A stretch of DNA of 14,642 nucleotides from a bacterium (GCA_046757165.1 JBHHXT010000114.1:1-14642); one strand, 5' to 3'; counted from the stretch's first letter, positions 1-8,963 are shown. Notes: a model not told the origin generated them from the sequence alone. Numbers and translations: made by a program.

Positions 1-2
1 TT

Positions 3-1775
3 TCATCGTGGAAACGCAAATAAGCTTATCGGGTTCTCTGCCCAATCGGTGGTAACACTCAGGGAGGCGAGTTTTTGATTATCGATAACAATGCGCGCAT
101 TTGTTCTCAGACTTTCCGCCACCTGTGCGATGGCCTGCTCTTTTTTGCGAGCCAGAACTTCTGCTTTGACTCTATCTTCAACCTCCTCGAAACCAACACC
201 ACGGCCGGGTATTCTGTCCATGATTTTGAACACAGAGAATCCACCTCGAGGCGGCCCACCTGCCACTTTCAGAGGTCCGCAGATCTCCCCAACCTGTTGT
301 GAAAAAGCCAGCTTTCCAATTTCGCCATACCTCTGCCTGGAAAAGTATCCGAATTCTCCGCCGCGTTTTGCCGCCCATCTTCGGATGGAATATTTCCCAG
401 CCAGTTGAGCCATGTCATGCCCCGCCTCCAGATAGCGCTTCATCCGTTCTGCTTCTTCCTTTGTCCTGACCAGAATCTCGCGAATATTGACTTTCTCGGG
501 TTCATCATATTTTGAGCGGTTGTGGGCAAAATACACCTGGAGTTCTTCCTCCGTCACCCGGACGCTTTTCTCGATTTCCTGCCGGTAGTAGGTGTACAGG
601 ACCTCCTCTTTTCTTTTTTCAATCTCTGCGCGCACGCTTGGCATCGTGCGCAGTCCCTGTCGAAACGCCTCCCGGGCCAACAATTCGTCGCGCACCATGA
701 CGCCGATGCCATTCTCGAGGCTCGTCCTGCTGCTGGTATTGGGTCTGTCCGTGATGGGCATTTCTGCGAGTTTGGTCAAGAACTCGCCTAAAGTCCACCT
801 TCCGCCTTTGAACTCGACCAGTGTCTCCTCGAGATGGTCTATCAGTCCCGTTCGGGCGCTTTGAATCTCCGGATCGAGGGGCTTTGGCAATGAGATTCTC
901 TCGTCGTTTTTTTCTTCTACCAGGTGGGAGGCCAGAACAGCAAAGGCCGCACCCTTCAACTTGACCTCTTTGGGCGTCATGAATTGGTTGACAAACTCGC
1001 TGGCCAATTTGGCTTCTTTTCGCCTCTGGATTATTCTTGCGACATAGCTTTTTCGCGCCTGAAAACCGGCTTCCGTCACCAGCGGATTTTTTTTTCGGTC
1101 TTCCAGTTTGATGATATGATACCCCCATTGGGTTCTGACCGGTGGTGAAATCTCTCCTGGTTGAAGCCGGAAGACCGCTTGCTCGAATTCGGGGTCCATG
1201 TCTCCCCAGGTGAATTCACCTAAATCACCGCCGTTTTCAGCAAGTTTGGGATCTCTAAATGTCAGTTGTGCAATCTCTTCGAAGGGAATGCCGGATTCTA
1301 TTTGCTCATGGATTCGCCACGCTTTTGATTCCTCGTCCGCAAAGAGATGCCTAGCCCGGACTGTTTCGTTCAGCTGCAGAAACGCCTGACGAAGCTCCCG
1401 CTCCGAGATTTCAACGTTGCTCTGGACGACTTCTCGGTATAACTGCTTGACGGCCTCTTTCTTCTCATACCACTTCAGGAGGCATTGTACCTCGGGTTTT
1501 TGGTCAAACCCCTTCTGGATAGCGTCCGCGGCCAGCAATTTTTTGTCGATCAACCAATCCAAGTGGGCTTGTTTTCTCGAGGCGCTGCTGGTGTGTTTTT
1601 TCAGATAGGGGTAGGGGGTGAGCTCGTAACTGATAATGAAATCCTGTGCAGAAATGGTTTTCCCATCTACCAGCGCGACACGACCTTCGTCAATTCCAGG
1701 GTGGTCACAGCGCAGGGCGCATGAAGCAAGGATAATCCATGTGAGGAAAGAAGAGAGTCGATCGGTCCGTTTCAT
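3..1775 (-). CDS. Exported peptidyl-prolyl cis-trans isomerase/chaperone (SurA/PrsA-like, two PpiC/parvulin domains), possible lipoprotein
   Basis: 590 aa. Two parvulin motifs: VRARHLF...FEEIAQ...NGGDLGEF...FEQAVFRLQPGEISPPVRTQWGYHIIKL and VNIREILV...MAQLAGKYS...GGEFGYF. N-terminal basic/hydrophobic leader with LASC as a possible lipobox. Confidence 0.9.
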   Translation of the reverse strand: MKRTDRLSSFLTWIILASCALRCDHPGIDEGRVALVDGKTISAQDFIISYELTPYPYLKKHTSSASRKQAHLDWLIDKKLLAADAIQKGFDQKPEVQCLLKWYEKKEAVKQLYREVVQSNVEISERELRQAFLQLNETVRARHLFADEESKAWRIHEQIESGIPFEEIAQLTFRDPKLAENGGDLGEFTWGDMDPEFEQAVFRLQPGEISPPVRTQWGYHIIKLEDRKKNPLVTEAGFQARKSYVARIIQRRKEAKLASEFVNQFMTPKEVKLKGAAFAVLASHLVEEKNDERISLPKPLDPEIQSARTGLIDHLEETLVEFKGGRWTLGEFLTKLAEMPITDRPNTSSRTSLENGIGVMVRDELLAREAFRQGLRTMPSVRAEIEKRKEEVLYTYYRQEIEKSVRVTEEELQVYFAHNRSKYDEPEKVNIREILVRTKEEAERMKRYLEAGHDMAQLAGKYSIRRWAAKRGGEFGYFSRQRYGEIGKLAFSQQVGEICGPLKVAGGPPRGGFSVFKIMDRIPGRGVGFEEVEDRVKAEVLARKKEQAIAQVAESLRTNARIVIDNQKLASLSVTTDWAENPISLFAFPR

Positions 1776-1795
1776 TTTCTGTGTTTGTTGTGCAC

Positions 1796-1960
1796 TTAAC
1801 CTGAATAATCACTCACCGCAAAGGCGCGAAGAACGCGAAGAAAAAGCCACATACCTGTCATTTGTTTTTTTGGGGTTAGCGAATTGCAAGATCTTGTATG
1901 TCCATGTTTTTGATGAACTTGATCTCAAGTTTTCACAGATTCATGAACTATTCAGGTTAA
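1796..1960. mobile_element. Putative MITE-like non-autonomous element (165 bp)
   Basis: Perfect 12-bp terminal inverted repeats TTAACCTGAATA (1796-1807) / TATTCAGGTTAA (1949-1960), TTAA at both ends, and an internal 65 bp repeated at 14509-14573. Confidence 0.55.
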
Positions 1961-2994
1961 AAAGTCAATGCGAGTGAAAAACGTTGTGTGTTGTTCAGGC
2001 GCCCAAAGTCGGCATACGCATAATCCAGTTTCAGGCTTACATTGCCCAGGAAGTGGGTCGATATGCCACCGCCAAAGGTGAAGGTCTCTTCACCGTCATC
2101 AATGAGCAAATTGCGATAGCCCCCTCTCAGCCTGACGGTTTTCCAAATTTCATACTCAAAGCCCAGGTTGAGACTTTCGGTATTGTCGGTTGGGTGGACA
2201 AAATCCACGGCCAAAGTCAGCCGGTTGTTCGAGTGGCTGAGCACGTCCTTTGCGACGCCAACCTGGAAGTTCAAAGGCAGCGGCCATGAATCCGTATCCA
2301 GACGGGCCTCGACGCGGTCATTGTTGCCGCTTTTGCTGGGATCGATATCCACGAACACGAGTGCGTCTTTTCCGGACAACTTCATGTCCGTTCCAAAATT
2401 GCTCAGTGCGGCGCCAATGCGAAGCCCGTAAAGACCTGTGTCGAACGTGGTGCCGAAATCGATGGCAAAGCCATTTGCTGACATCTGTGATATTCTTTGA
2501 TTGATGTACTTTACGGTCGCCCCGATTGCAAATCGGTCCGTCAGTTTGCGTGAATAGGTCACGCCGATGGCCAGGTCACCCACGCTGAAAAAGTTTCCGG
2601 TGCCTTCAGGCTCGTCGATAGTTCGTTCCGGAAGATCATCCGTACTGAGTACCGTTATCATCGCCCCGAGGGTGCCGAAGTTTCCCACTGGCAGGACGAG
2701 ACCCGCAAAGTCGAAATTGATGTCGGCCAACCACTCGGTATGAACCAGCACGACTTCATTGCTCTGCAGATGGGTGATGCCAGCGGGGTTCCAATACAGT
2801 GCCGTCGCATCGTTGGCAATGGCCACGAAGGCGCCTCCCATGCCCGTGGCTCTGGAGCCGACCCCGATTTCCAGGAAGCCGGCAGAAGTTGTCCCGACCT
2901 TGGTGACGCTGCCCAGATTCTGCGCTGAGCCCGGTAACGCCAGAAACAGGGAGAGAAAGGGGAGAAGGCCGTAGGTCATCGATTTCCTTAACAT
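1957..2994 (-). CDS. PorV/PorQ-like (UPF0164) outer-membrane beta-barrel protein
   Basis: 345 aa with signal peptide. Characteristic N-terminus KVGTTSAGFLEIGVGSRATGMGGAFVAIANDATALYWNPAG, alternating beta-strand pattern, C-terminal Phe (RFSLALTF). GAGG upstream of the ATG. Confidence 0.88.
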   Translation of the reverse strand: MLRKSMTYGLLPFLSLFLALPGSAQNLGSVTKVGTTSAGFLEIGVGSRATGMGGAFVAIANDATALYWNPAGITHLQSNEVVLVHTEWLADINFDFAGLVLPVGNFGTLGAMITVLSTDDLPERTIDEPEGTGNFFSVGDLAIGVTYSRKLTDRFAIGATVKYINQRISQMSANGFAIDFGTTFDTGLYGLRIGAALSNFGTDMKLSGKDALVFVDIDPSKSGNNDRVEARLDTDSWPLPLNFQVGVAKDVLSHSNNRLTLAVDFVHPTDNTESLNLGFEYEIWKTVRLRGGYRNLLIDDGEETFTFGGGISTHFLGNVSLKLDYAYADFGRLNNTQRFSLALTF

Positions 2995-3009
2995 GGTACC
3001 CTCAGCAAC

Positions 3010-6000
3010 TTATTTGATGACTGCAAACTTGCCAATTTTGGTGCCGATCCCTGGCGCTTCCACATGAAAAATGTACAGGCCATATGCGATGTCCATGCCG
3101 TCTTTGGAGACCAGGTCCCAGGTTTCTGCACCATCATCGATCATCGTGTCATGCTCGATCGTGTCAACCAATTGCCCCCGTACCGTGTAAATCCTGATGG
3201 TACATTGCGGCGGCAGGTGAATAAACGCAATGCGCCGCTCTCCGCGTCCAAATCGGAATCGATTGGGGGGCTCCCACGATGCAGCGATGACGTAGGGATT
3301 GGGCACCACGACGACACGCTCGAGCTCAGTTGCCGCCTTTCGTTGATCGAACTTCTGCGCCGTGACCGCAAACTCAAAGGTGTCGCCTGTGCGAAAAGGT
3401 TTGGTCGTTCTGAATTGATAAACGTCTCCAGGCTGAGGCGGCTCCGGCTCTGTTACCGTGGAATCGAGGCTGAAGTTGATGGACCAGCTCGTGGTAAAGC
3501 CACCACGAACCGGGGGCTTGCCCGCTGAGTCTCCCATCGCAATGACAATCCGGTCCCCCGGAGAAAAGAGCTCGTCTGTGTCGACATCAAAAAACAGAAA
3601 GTCCTCGGTTTTTTGGTCGGTCAGGTTGACTATCTCGAAGCTCGTCGGGATCTCTTTTTGTCCGAAGAGCAAGCGAACCGAGGTATCGACAACGGTGTCA
3701 AAAAAACGCAATTCAAAATCACCCGGCAAGGCGACATTTCGGGATGCAAACAACCCATCAAAGCCAACGGAGACCGTATAATTGCTTTTTCCGATCAACC
3801 AGCCCGTCAGCGAATCGATAATGGCCACGGTGGTGTCATTGAAGAATTTGACCACGAGGCCGTCAAAAAACGGGCTGACCTGGCCAAATTCTACGACCTC
3901 CAGATCTTGCATCAGAACCTGGCCTGTGGTTCTGTTCCGGACTGTGAATCGCGGGGTCACATCGACGTGAAAAGGCGAATCATCCTCAAAAAGAACCTGA
4001 TAGGTGTTCTGATCTTGTATCAAGCGATGGTCGACCAGGTCCGGCTGAATCACACCTGTTGCGGGACCAAAATGAATCAAACCCGCAGGAGAGGGAATAT
4101 CAGGTGGGATATAGCCCGCTGCGGGTGCATTCGGCACCACTCGGGCGGTATTGATATCCGTGGTCACGAGGTTGCCCAGCACATCGGTTTTGATGATGGA
4201 CGTTGTTTCCGAGGGGGGGATGCCCTCGACAGTGCCAATCGCCGTGGTATCGATGAACCCCCGGTCATACGCGACCACAGCGTAATAGTAGGTTTGACCG
4301 TTCTGAACGTCGGTGTCGGTCCAGACGTGTCTCAGACCGACATCACTTCCGATGTTGAACTTGATGCCATTGATATCGACCAGGTGAGGCCCGGTAAGAC
4401 CATTCTCGAGGTCGAACTGGGCCACGGGCTTGCGAAATGTCAGGTTGCCGAAACTGTCGGTGATAATCCTTGGCTCGAGAAGCTCGGGGTCGGTGGCCTT
4501 GTAAATATTGTAGCCTTCAAAATCATGCTCCTGCAAGAAACGGTCGAAGGATCGTTCGGCAATCTCGTCCCAGTACAGGGTGACTTTGCCATTCCCGGGA
4601 ACGGCTGTCATGGTCGCTTTGAGCGGCGGTTCAGCAAATCGATAATCAGCGTCGAAGATCTGTTGTACCGTTTTTTTGGTCCGAACCAAATCCTTCTGAT
4701 CTTCGGCGAACAATAAGGCCATCGAGAAGCTTTCTGTTTGACCTGCCTGCAAAGGGAAGAGGCCGGAGGAGAAAAACATCCCCAGGTTGACGGACTGCAG
4801 CAGCTCGTTTCGAGGGGGCAGGTCCTGGTTGAACAGCTCCCAGTTCTCTTCGTCATTCCATAGTTCGTAGAAGTGGACCGGAAAGATAGAGAATCCCGTC
4901 AGCCCGATTTGGTCGGATTCGTCCGGGTCCGTCGCGTCAAAATTCGGCTCGCCCGGCGTCGGGACCCCATCTGCTTCCCCCTGATCCGGCTCGGTATATT
5001 GCAGGTCAAACGGACCGACGCCGTCGGCGCCCACGTCATCGTTCAGGGGCTCACCGTCATCCCACTTGCCATTGTCATTCAGGTCAGAAAAGGGTCGCCA
5101 GTCGCCGTCGTTGTCAATCCCATCATCCCGACGTTCATCAACCATGCCATCTTCATCGTTGTCCTGGCCGTCGGAGGCATTGCCCGGGCTTTCGAGGAAG
5201 CCATAGCCTGCCACACCGACCGGCCGCCAATTCCCGGGGGTCCCGCGGTCGTCAGAATCCCATGCAAACGCAATATCCAATCTTGTGTCAAAAGAGCCGC
5301 TGTCATCACCGGAGTCATCAGTTCCACCAACGCCCCAATCGATATATTGGGCGTAAAGCGCTTTTGAATAGTCTGTTGTTCCTTCGTTGGTAATTTCATA
5401 AAGCCAGAAGATATTGTCCTCTGCGAGCACGTTCGACCACTGGAACCCCCGGGTGGCGACCTCTACGCCAATTCCCCTCCTCTCGGGGTCGTTCATATCG
5501 GGGAAGAAATCGAACTCCTCGTCCGGATCATCATCAAAGACAAAGTAGGCTTCCAGTTGGGCGTTGAAGATTCCCTTGCCAAAGAAGCCGTTCCAGAATC
5601 CTGCCCACTCTGGTGGCCGGTCGGGCCAGAACGAGGGCCACGTGTCGGGATCATCGCTCAAAGCGGGTTGATCTTGCTGCGGGTTGAAATAGCCCGGCAC
5701 CGGCGCCCAGCCCCATGGGGTCAATTCAGGGGAGAGGTCGATGAATTCTCGATACATGGTTTCCATGGGATGGATGACATTGCCGTGAATGTCTTCGGTT
5801 TCTACCTGCACGATAATCGGCACGCCATCAACGTACGAGTGGCCTGAGCCCTTCGGCCATTCCCCGGAAGGCTGATTGGGCCAATTGGCGACTTCGCCGT
5901 GATTTTTGAAGAGCGTGCGGACGAGGTTACCGTCCATGATCCCTTCTCGTGTGTTTCTCCGGTGACCCACATTCGAATCTGCCGTGCGCTGAGAAAGCAA

Positions 6001-6063
6001 TAGAGAAGGACAGAGAATTATCAGCAGCAGAAACCCAGCATGAACAAAATATTTGCCTTTCAT
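3010..6063 (-). CDS. Large secreted protein of unknown function with acidic Ca-binding-like loops, FN3-like segment and T9SS-like C-terminal domain
   Basis: 1017 aa with signal peptide. DGQDNDEDGMVDE/DGIDNDGD/DLNDNGKWD motifs; FN3-like VTLYWD...FEGYNIYK...TYYYAVVAYD; C-terminus VVPNPY...IRIYTVRGQLV...WDL...GLYIFHV...KFAVIK. Confidence 0.8.
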   Translation of the reverse strand: MKGKYFVHAGFLLLIILCPSLLLSQRTADSNVGHRRNTREGIMDGNLVRTLFKNHGEVANWPNQPSGEWPKGSGHSYVDGVPIIVQVETEDIHGNVIHPMETMYREFIDLSPELTPWGWAPVPGYFNPQQDQPALSDDPDTWPSFWPDRPPEWAGFWNGFFGKGIFNAQLEAYFVFDDDPDEEFDFFPDMNDPERRGIGVEVATRGFQWSNVLAEDNIFWLYEITNEGTTDYSKALYAQYIDWGVGGTDDSGDDSGSFDTRLDIAFAWDSDDRGTPGNWRPVGVAGYGFLESPGNASDGQDNDEDGMVDERRDDGIDNDGDWRPFSDLNDNGKWDDGEPLNDDVGADGVGPFDLQYTEPDQGEADGVPTPGEPNFDATDPDESDQIGLTGFSIFPVHFYELWNDEENWELFNQDLPPRNELLQSVNLGMFFSSGLFPLQAGQTESFSMALLFAEDQKDLVRTKKTVQQIFDADYRFAEPPLKATMTAVPGNGKVTLYWDEIAERSFDRFLQEHDFEGYNIYKATDPELLEPRIITDSFGNLTFRKPVAQFDLENGLTGPHLVDINGIKFNIGSDVGLRHVWTDTDVQNGQTYYYAVVAYDRGFIDTTAIGTVEGIPPSETTSIIKTDVLGNLVTTDINTARVVPNAPAAGYIPPDIPSPAGLIHFGPATGVIQPDLVDHRLIQDQNTYQVLFEDDSPFHVDVTPRFTVRNRTTGQVLMQDLEVVEFGQVSPFFDGLVVKFFNDTTVAIIDSLTGWLIGKSNYTVSVGFDGLFASRNVALPGDFELRFFDTVVDTSVRLLFGQKEIPTSFEIVNLTDQKTEDFLFFDVDTDELFSPGDRIVIAMGDSAGKPPVRGGFTTSWSINFSLDSTVTEPEPPQPGDVYQFRTTKPFRTGDTFEFAVTAQKFDQRKAATELERVVVVPNPYVIAASWEPPNRFRFGRGERRIAFIHLPPQCTIRIYTVRGQLVDTIEHDTMIDDGAETWDLVSKDGMDIAYGLYIFHVEAPGIGTKIGKFAVIK

Positions 6064-6091
6064 CGCCTAACTTCTCTCTTTGAGTGAACTC

Positions 6092-8827
6092 TCAAAAACT
6101 CACAGAAACGCCTGTTTCCAACCGGCGCGGCGCCGAATAAAAATCCGGACGGATGATAAATTCCTCGAGCGTATTGATGCCACGAGGCTCCCCTTCCTGC
6201 AATTTGGAGATGGAGAACCCGGCCCTGCCAGTGTCGTCGTAGACGTTTTGTTCGTTCTTTCGATCTGTGAGATTGAAGACTCGCAGGAAGAACGAGTAAT
6301 TGAGCCCCATAACCTTGAAGTTTTTTCTCATGTAGATGTCTATTCTGTAAAATAACGGTTTTCTGCCGCCATTTTCAACAGATTCCCGAATATCCTCTTT
6401 GGTCGGGGTGTATGGGAAGCCACTTCCCAGCTTACCGATGAGACCAACTAGAAAATTATCCGGGTTTCCGGCTGTCGCCGTCACGTTCAGGCTATGAGTT
6501 CGATCCCAATCCAGCGGGACCAGTTGTTTTGTCGTTTCAATGGGCGGGTCTGATTGCGCGTTCAAGAAGGCATCGTTTGGATCGGAAGCGTTACCGCGGG
6601 CGATCTGAAATGTATAATCGATGTTGGCAGAGAATCCCCGGGATAGCCGTTTCTCCAGCGCGAGCGTAAATCCTTTGACACTGCCATAATCTCGATTCAG
6701 ATAGCGAGCAAATCTGTCCTGCTCGAGATTTTTCAAGACCTCCGTGCCGAGCAGGTTTCGGATATCTTTGAGATATGCGGTCACATCCAACGCCAGGTCT
6801 TCCGTCAATTGTTGTTGCAAGCCGATCTCGTAAATAACGGTCTTTTGTGGCTCGAGCTCGGCGTTGCCTACGGTATTGAGCAGGCTGTTGGGGGGAAGAC
6901 TGATCGTCGACAGGAGAGGAAAAACCTCGAATTCCGGATTGCGGTAAAGAAAGTCGAAAACCGGAGTCTGGAAAAAGTGGCCGTACGAAAGATGGATGAC
7001 GCCGCGATCGGAAATGGGGTAGGCGATGCCAAATCTCGGGCTGAGCTGGCCACTGCTCCTGGCCGATCTCTTGGGCGACTTTACCGCATCTCTCAGATTC
7101 TCCGGGATGACGTAGTCCGGGTTGAAAAGGTCGTAGCGCAGCCCAACGTTGACAATCATGAAGTCAAATTCCATCTTGTCCTGAACATACGCGGAAAGCT
7201 CCGTCGGATGCACCAGGAACTGATTGTTATTAAATGAAGTTCTGGGCGGTTTGCGATTCGTCGGACTGTCAGGAATGACTTCGAATTCTTCCAGCCACAG
7301 CCTGTGGAATCTGCCCTCCACACCCGCCTTGATTTGATGGATGTTGGTGGTCTGTCTTGTGACATCGAGCTTGCCGATGGTGGTGCGCGTTTCCCGTCTG
7401 TACTGCCACATTTGCTGCCCACCGGTGAAGAAGGCGTTGTTGCTGGCATCTCTCAGTCTATCCGTTGACACGTAGGGGGTGGTGAGATAGTCATCGTGCA
7501 CGTACTGTTCGAACCTGTTTCTGAAGTGCGCGAGCTTGAGCGAAGAAAACATCCGGTCGCTAAAGGCATGGTTCCAGTTGAGGGTTTGGTTCAAGCTCCG
7601 TTGCTGCTTGCGGTAGTTGCCGTCCGGATTGAATCTGAAGAAGTGGTCTTCCGTCTTGTCGTAGGTTCTAAAGTCTCGCCGCTGCAGCAGCATTTCGTAG
7701 CTCAGCTTGTCATTTGGCGAAAACTGGTACGTCAACTTTGCCTGACCGGTCCATTTTTTTTGCGGATTCAGTGGCACCGAATCTGCGTTATTCTTTAGAC
7801 TATCTACGAGCGCCTGACTGAATGGGTGGCTCACGCCTTGACTCATAATCAGCCAGCTACCGGGGTCGTTGCCCCGAAAGTTCGAGTTGTCCGAAGGCAG
7901 AAAGATGCGCTTGCCATAAATCCAGCCATCTTCCTTAAAGAAGCGACCCGAGGCGAAGAAGGTGAACTTCTCAGAAAAGCCGGGCACGGGTCCGCCAAAG
8001 CTGCCTTGCAGGTTGTAGATCGGATTGATCTCCTCGACGTTAGAAAAAATGTCCTCATGGGTGCTCAGGTAGTCTCCAGCATAAGTTGAGAGACTGCCGT
8101 GGTAGGTCGGCCCGCCATCCTTGGTGACGATGTTGACAATCCCGGACATGGCCTGACCATATTCGGCGTTGAACGTGCCGCTGATCACCTCCAGCTCCTG
8201 AATGGCATTGTTTTCTACTTCCAGAGAAAAGTCGCCGTCAAAAACGTCGTTCACGGTGACGCCATCGATCATAAAAGCCACCTCGCCGGATCGGCCGCCA
8301 CGAATGTGCATTTCCCCACCGCTGCCCTCTACAACCCCTGCTTGCAGGTTTACCAGGTCCTGGAAACGGTCCACGGGCAGCTTGCTGATCACGTCTGCGC
8401 TTACTGTCGATGAAGTCGAGGTCAAATCCATTTGCACGAGCGGTTTTTCAGCGATAATAGTGACGGTTTCGCCGAGCTCGACGATTGTTTCTGAGAGTTC
8501 AAAGTTCAGCCGTGTGGTCCTGTCCATCGCGACATGGACGTTGTCATACTGGAGCGCCGAATATCCTATCATGGAGGTTTTCACGGAATACTGGCCAGGC
8601 GGAATCCTCAACATGATGAAATTGCCATTGAGATCAGAAGCAGCACCGAAAGGTGTCCCCAGAAGCATCACGTTTACGCCGGGCAGTGGCTCGCCCGATT
8701 TCTGGTCAACCACTTTGCCAGCAAGCTTGCCGGTCGTACCCGCCCATGACACACTTATCCCGGAAAAGCACAAACAGAAAACAGCGAAGCTAAGAATTAT
8801 CCTTGGGAACTTCATCTTTTGACTCAC
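6092..8827 (-). CDS. TonB-dependent receptor with N-terminal carboxypeptidase-regulatory-like domain
   Basis: Signal peptide then GTTGKLAGKVVDQKSGEPLPGVNV; plug motifs HIRGGRSGEVAFMIDG and IQELEVISGTFNAEYGQAMSGIVNIVTKDG; barrel motifs NVGLRYD, SPRFGIAYP, GNAELEPQKT; terminal Phe. Start is either GTG 8827 or ATG 8815. Confidence 0.95.
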   Translation of the reverse strand: MSQKMKFPRIILSFAVFCLCFSGISVSWAGTTGKLAGKVVDQKSGEPLPGVNVMLLGTPFGAASDLNGNFIMLRIPPGQYSVKTSMIGYSALQYDNVHVAMDRTTRLNFELSETIVELGETVTIIAEKPLVQMDLTSTSSTVSADVISKLPVDRFQDLVNLQAGVVEGSGGEMHIRGGRSGEVAFMIDGVTVNDVFDGDFSLEVENNAIQELEVISGTFNAEYGQAMSGIVNIVTKDGGPTYHGSLSTYAGDYLSTHEDIFSNVEEINPIYNLQGSFGGPVPGFSEKFTFFASGRFFKEDGWIYGKRIFLPSDNSNFRGNDPGSWLIMSQGVSHPFSQALVDSLKNNADSVPLNPQKKWTGQAKLTYQFSPNDKLSYEMLLQRRDFRTYDKTEDHFFRFNPDGNYRKQQRSLNQTLNWNHAFSDRMFSSLKLAHFRNRFEQYVHDDYLTTPYVSTDRLRDASNNAFFTGGQQMWQYRRETRTTIGKLDVTRQTTNIHQIKAGVEGRFHRLWLEEFEVIPDSPTNRKPPRTSFNNNQFLVHPTELSAYVQDKMEFDFMIVNVGLRYDLFNPDYVIPENLRDAVKSPKRSARSSGQLSPRFGIAYPISDRGVIHLSYGHFFQTPVFDFLYRNPEFEVFPLLSTISLPPNSLLNTVGNAELEPQKTVIYEIGLQQQLTEDLALDVTAYLKDIRNLLGTEVLKNLEQDRFARYLNRDYGSVKGFTLALEKRLSRGFSANIDYTFQIARGNASDPNDAFLNAQSDPPIETTKQLVPLDWDRTHSLNVTATAGNPDNFLVGLIGKLGSGFPYTPTKEDIRESVENGGRKPLFYRIDIYMRKNFKVMGLNYSFFLRVFNLTDRKNEQNVYDDTGRAGFSISKLQEGEPRGINTLEEFIIRPDFYSAPRRLETGVSVSF

Positions 8828-8911
8828 TTTTGGCTCATGAGTTATGCTCTAACCGAAAATTTTCCCATGACAAATGACAAGCCAATCCTCTGTGAGCATG
8901 CTCTTCAATAT

Positions 8912-8948
8912 CCCCCTACCCGAGACTTGTACCGCCTCGAGTAGGGGG
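8912..8948 (-). other. Strong intergenic RNA hairpin after the CBM-like gene
   Basis: Minus strand CCCCCTACTCGAG...CTCGGGTAGGGGG forms a 13-bp stem with one G-U, 15 nt after the stop codon, with no following U-tract. Confidence 0.65.
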
Positions 8949-8963
8949 GAGCTCCAGACCTGC

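Noticed and set aside
1794..1962. Integron attC site (ACTTAAC...GTTAAAA)
   Set aside because: The right end does not fit GTTRRRY, there is no long internal pairing, and no cassette array or integrase is present.
3613..4716. 367-aa + strand ORF and other short overlapping ORFs
   Set aside because: Fully antisense to or nested in well-supported genes, with no recognisable motifs.
6079..6096. Small hairpin TTTGAG/CTCAAA over the receptor stop codon
   Set aside because: A 6-bp AT-rich stem is too weak to distinguish from chance.
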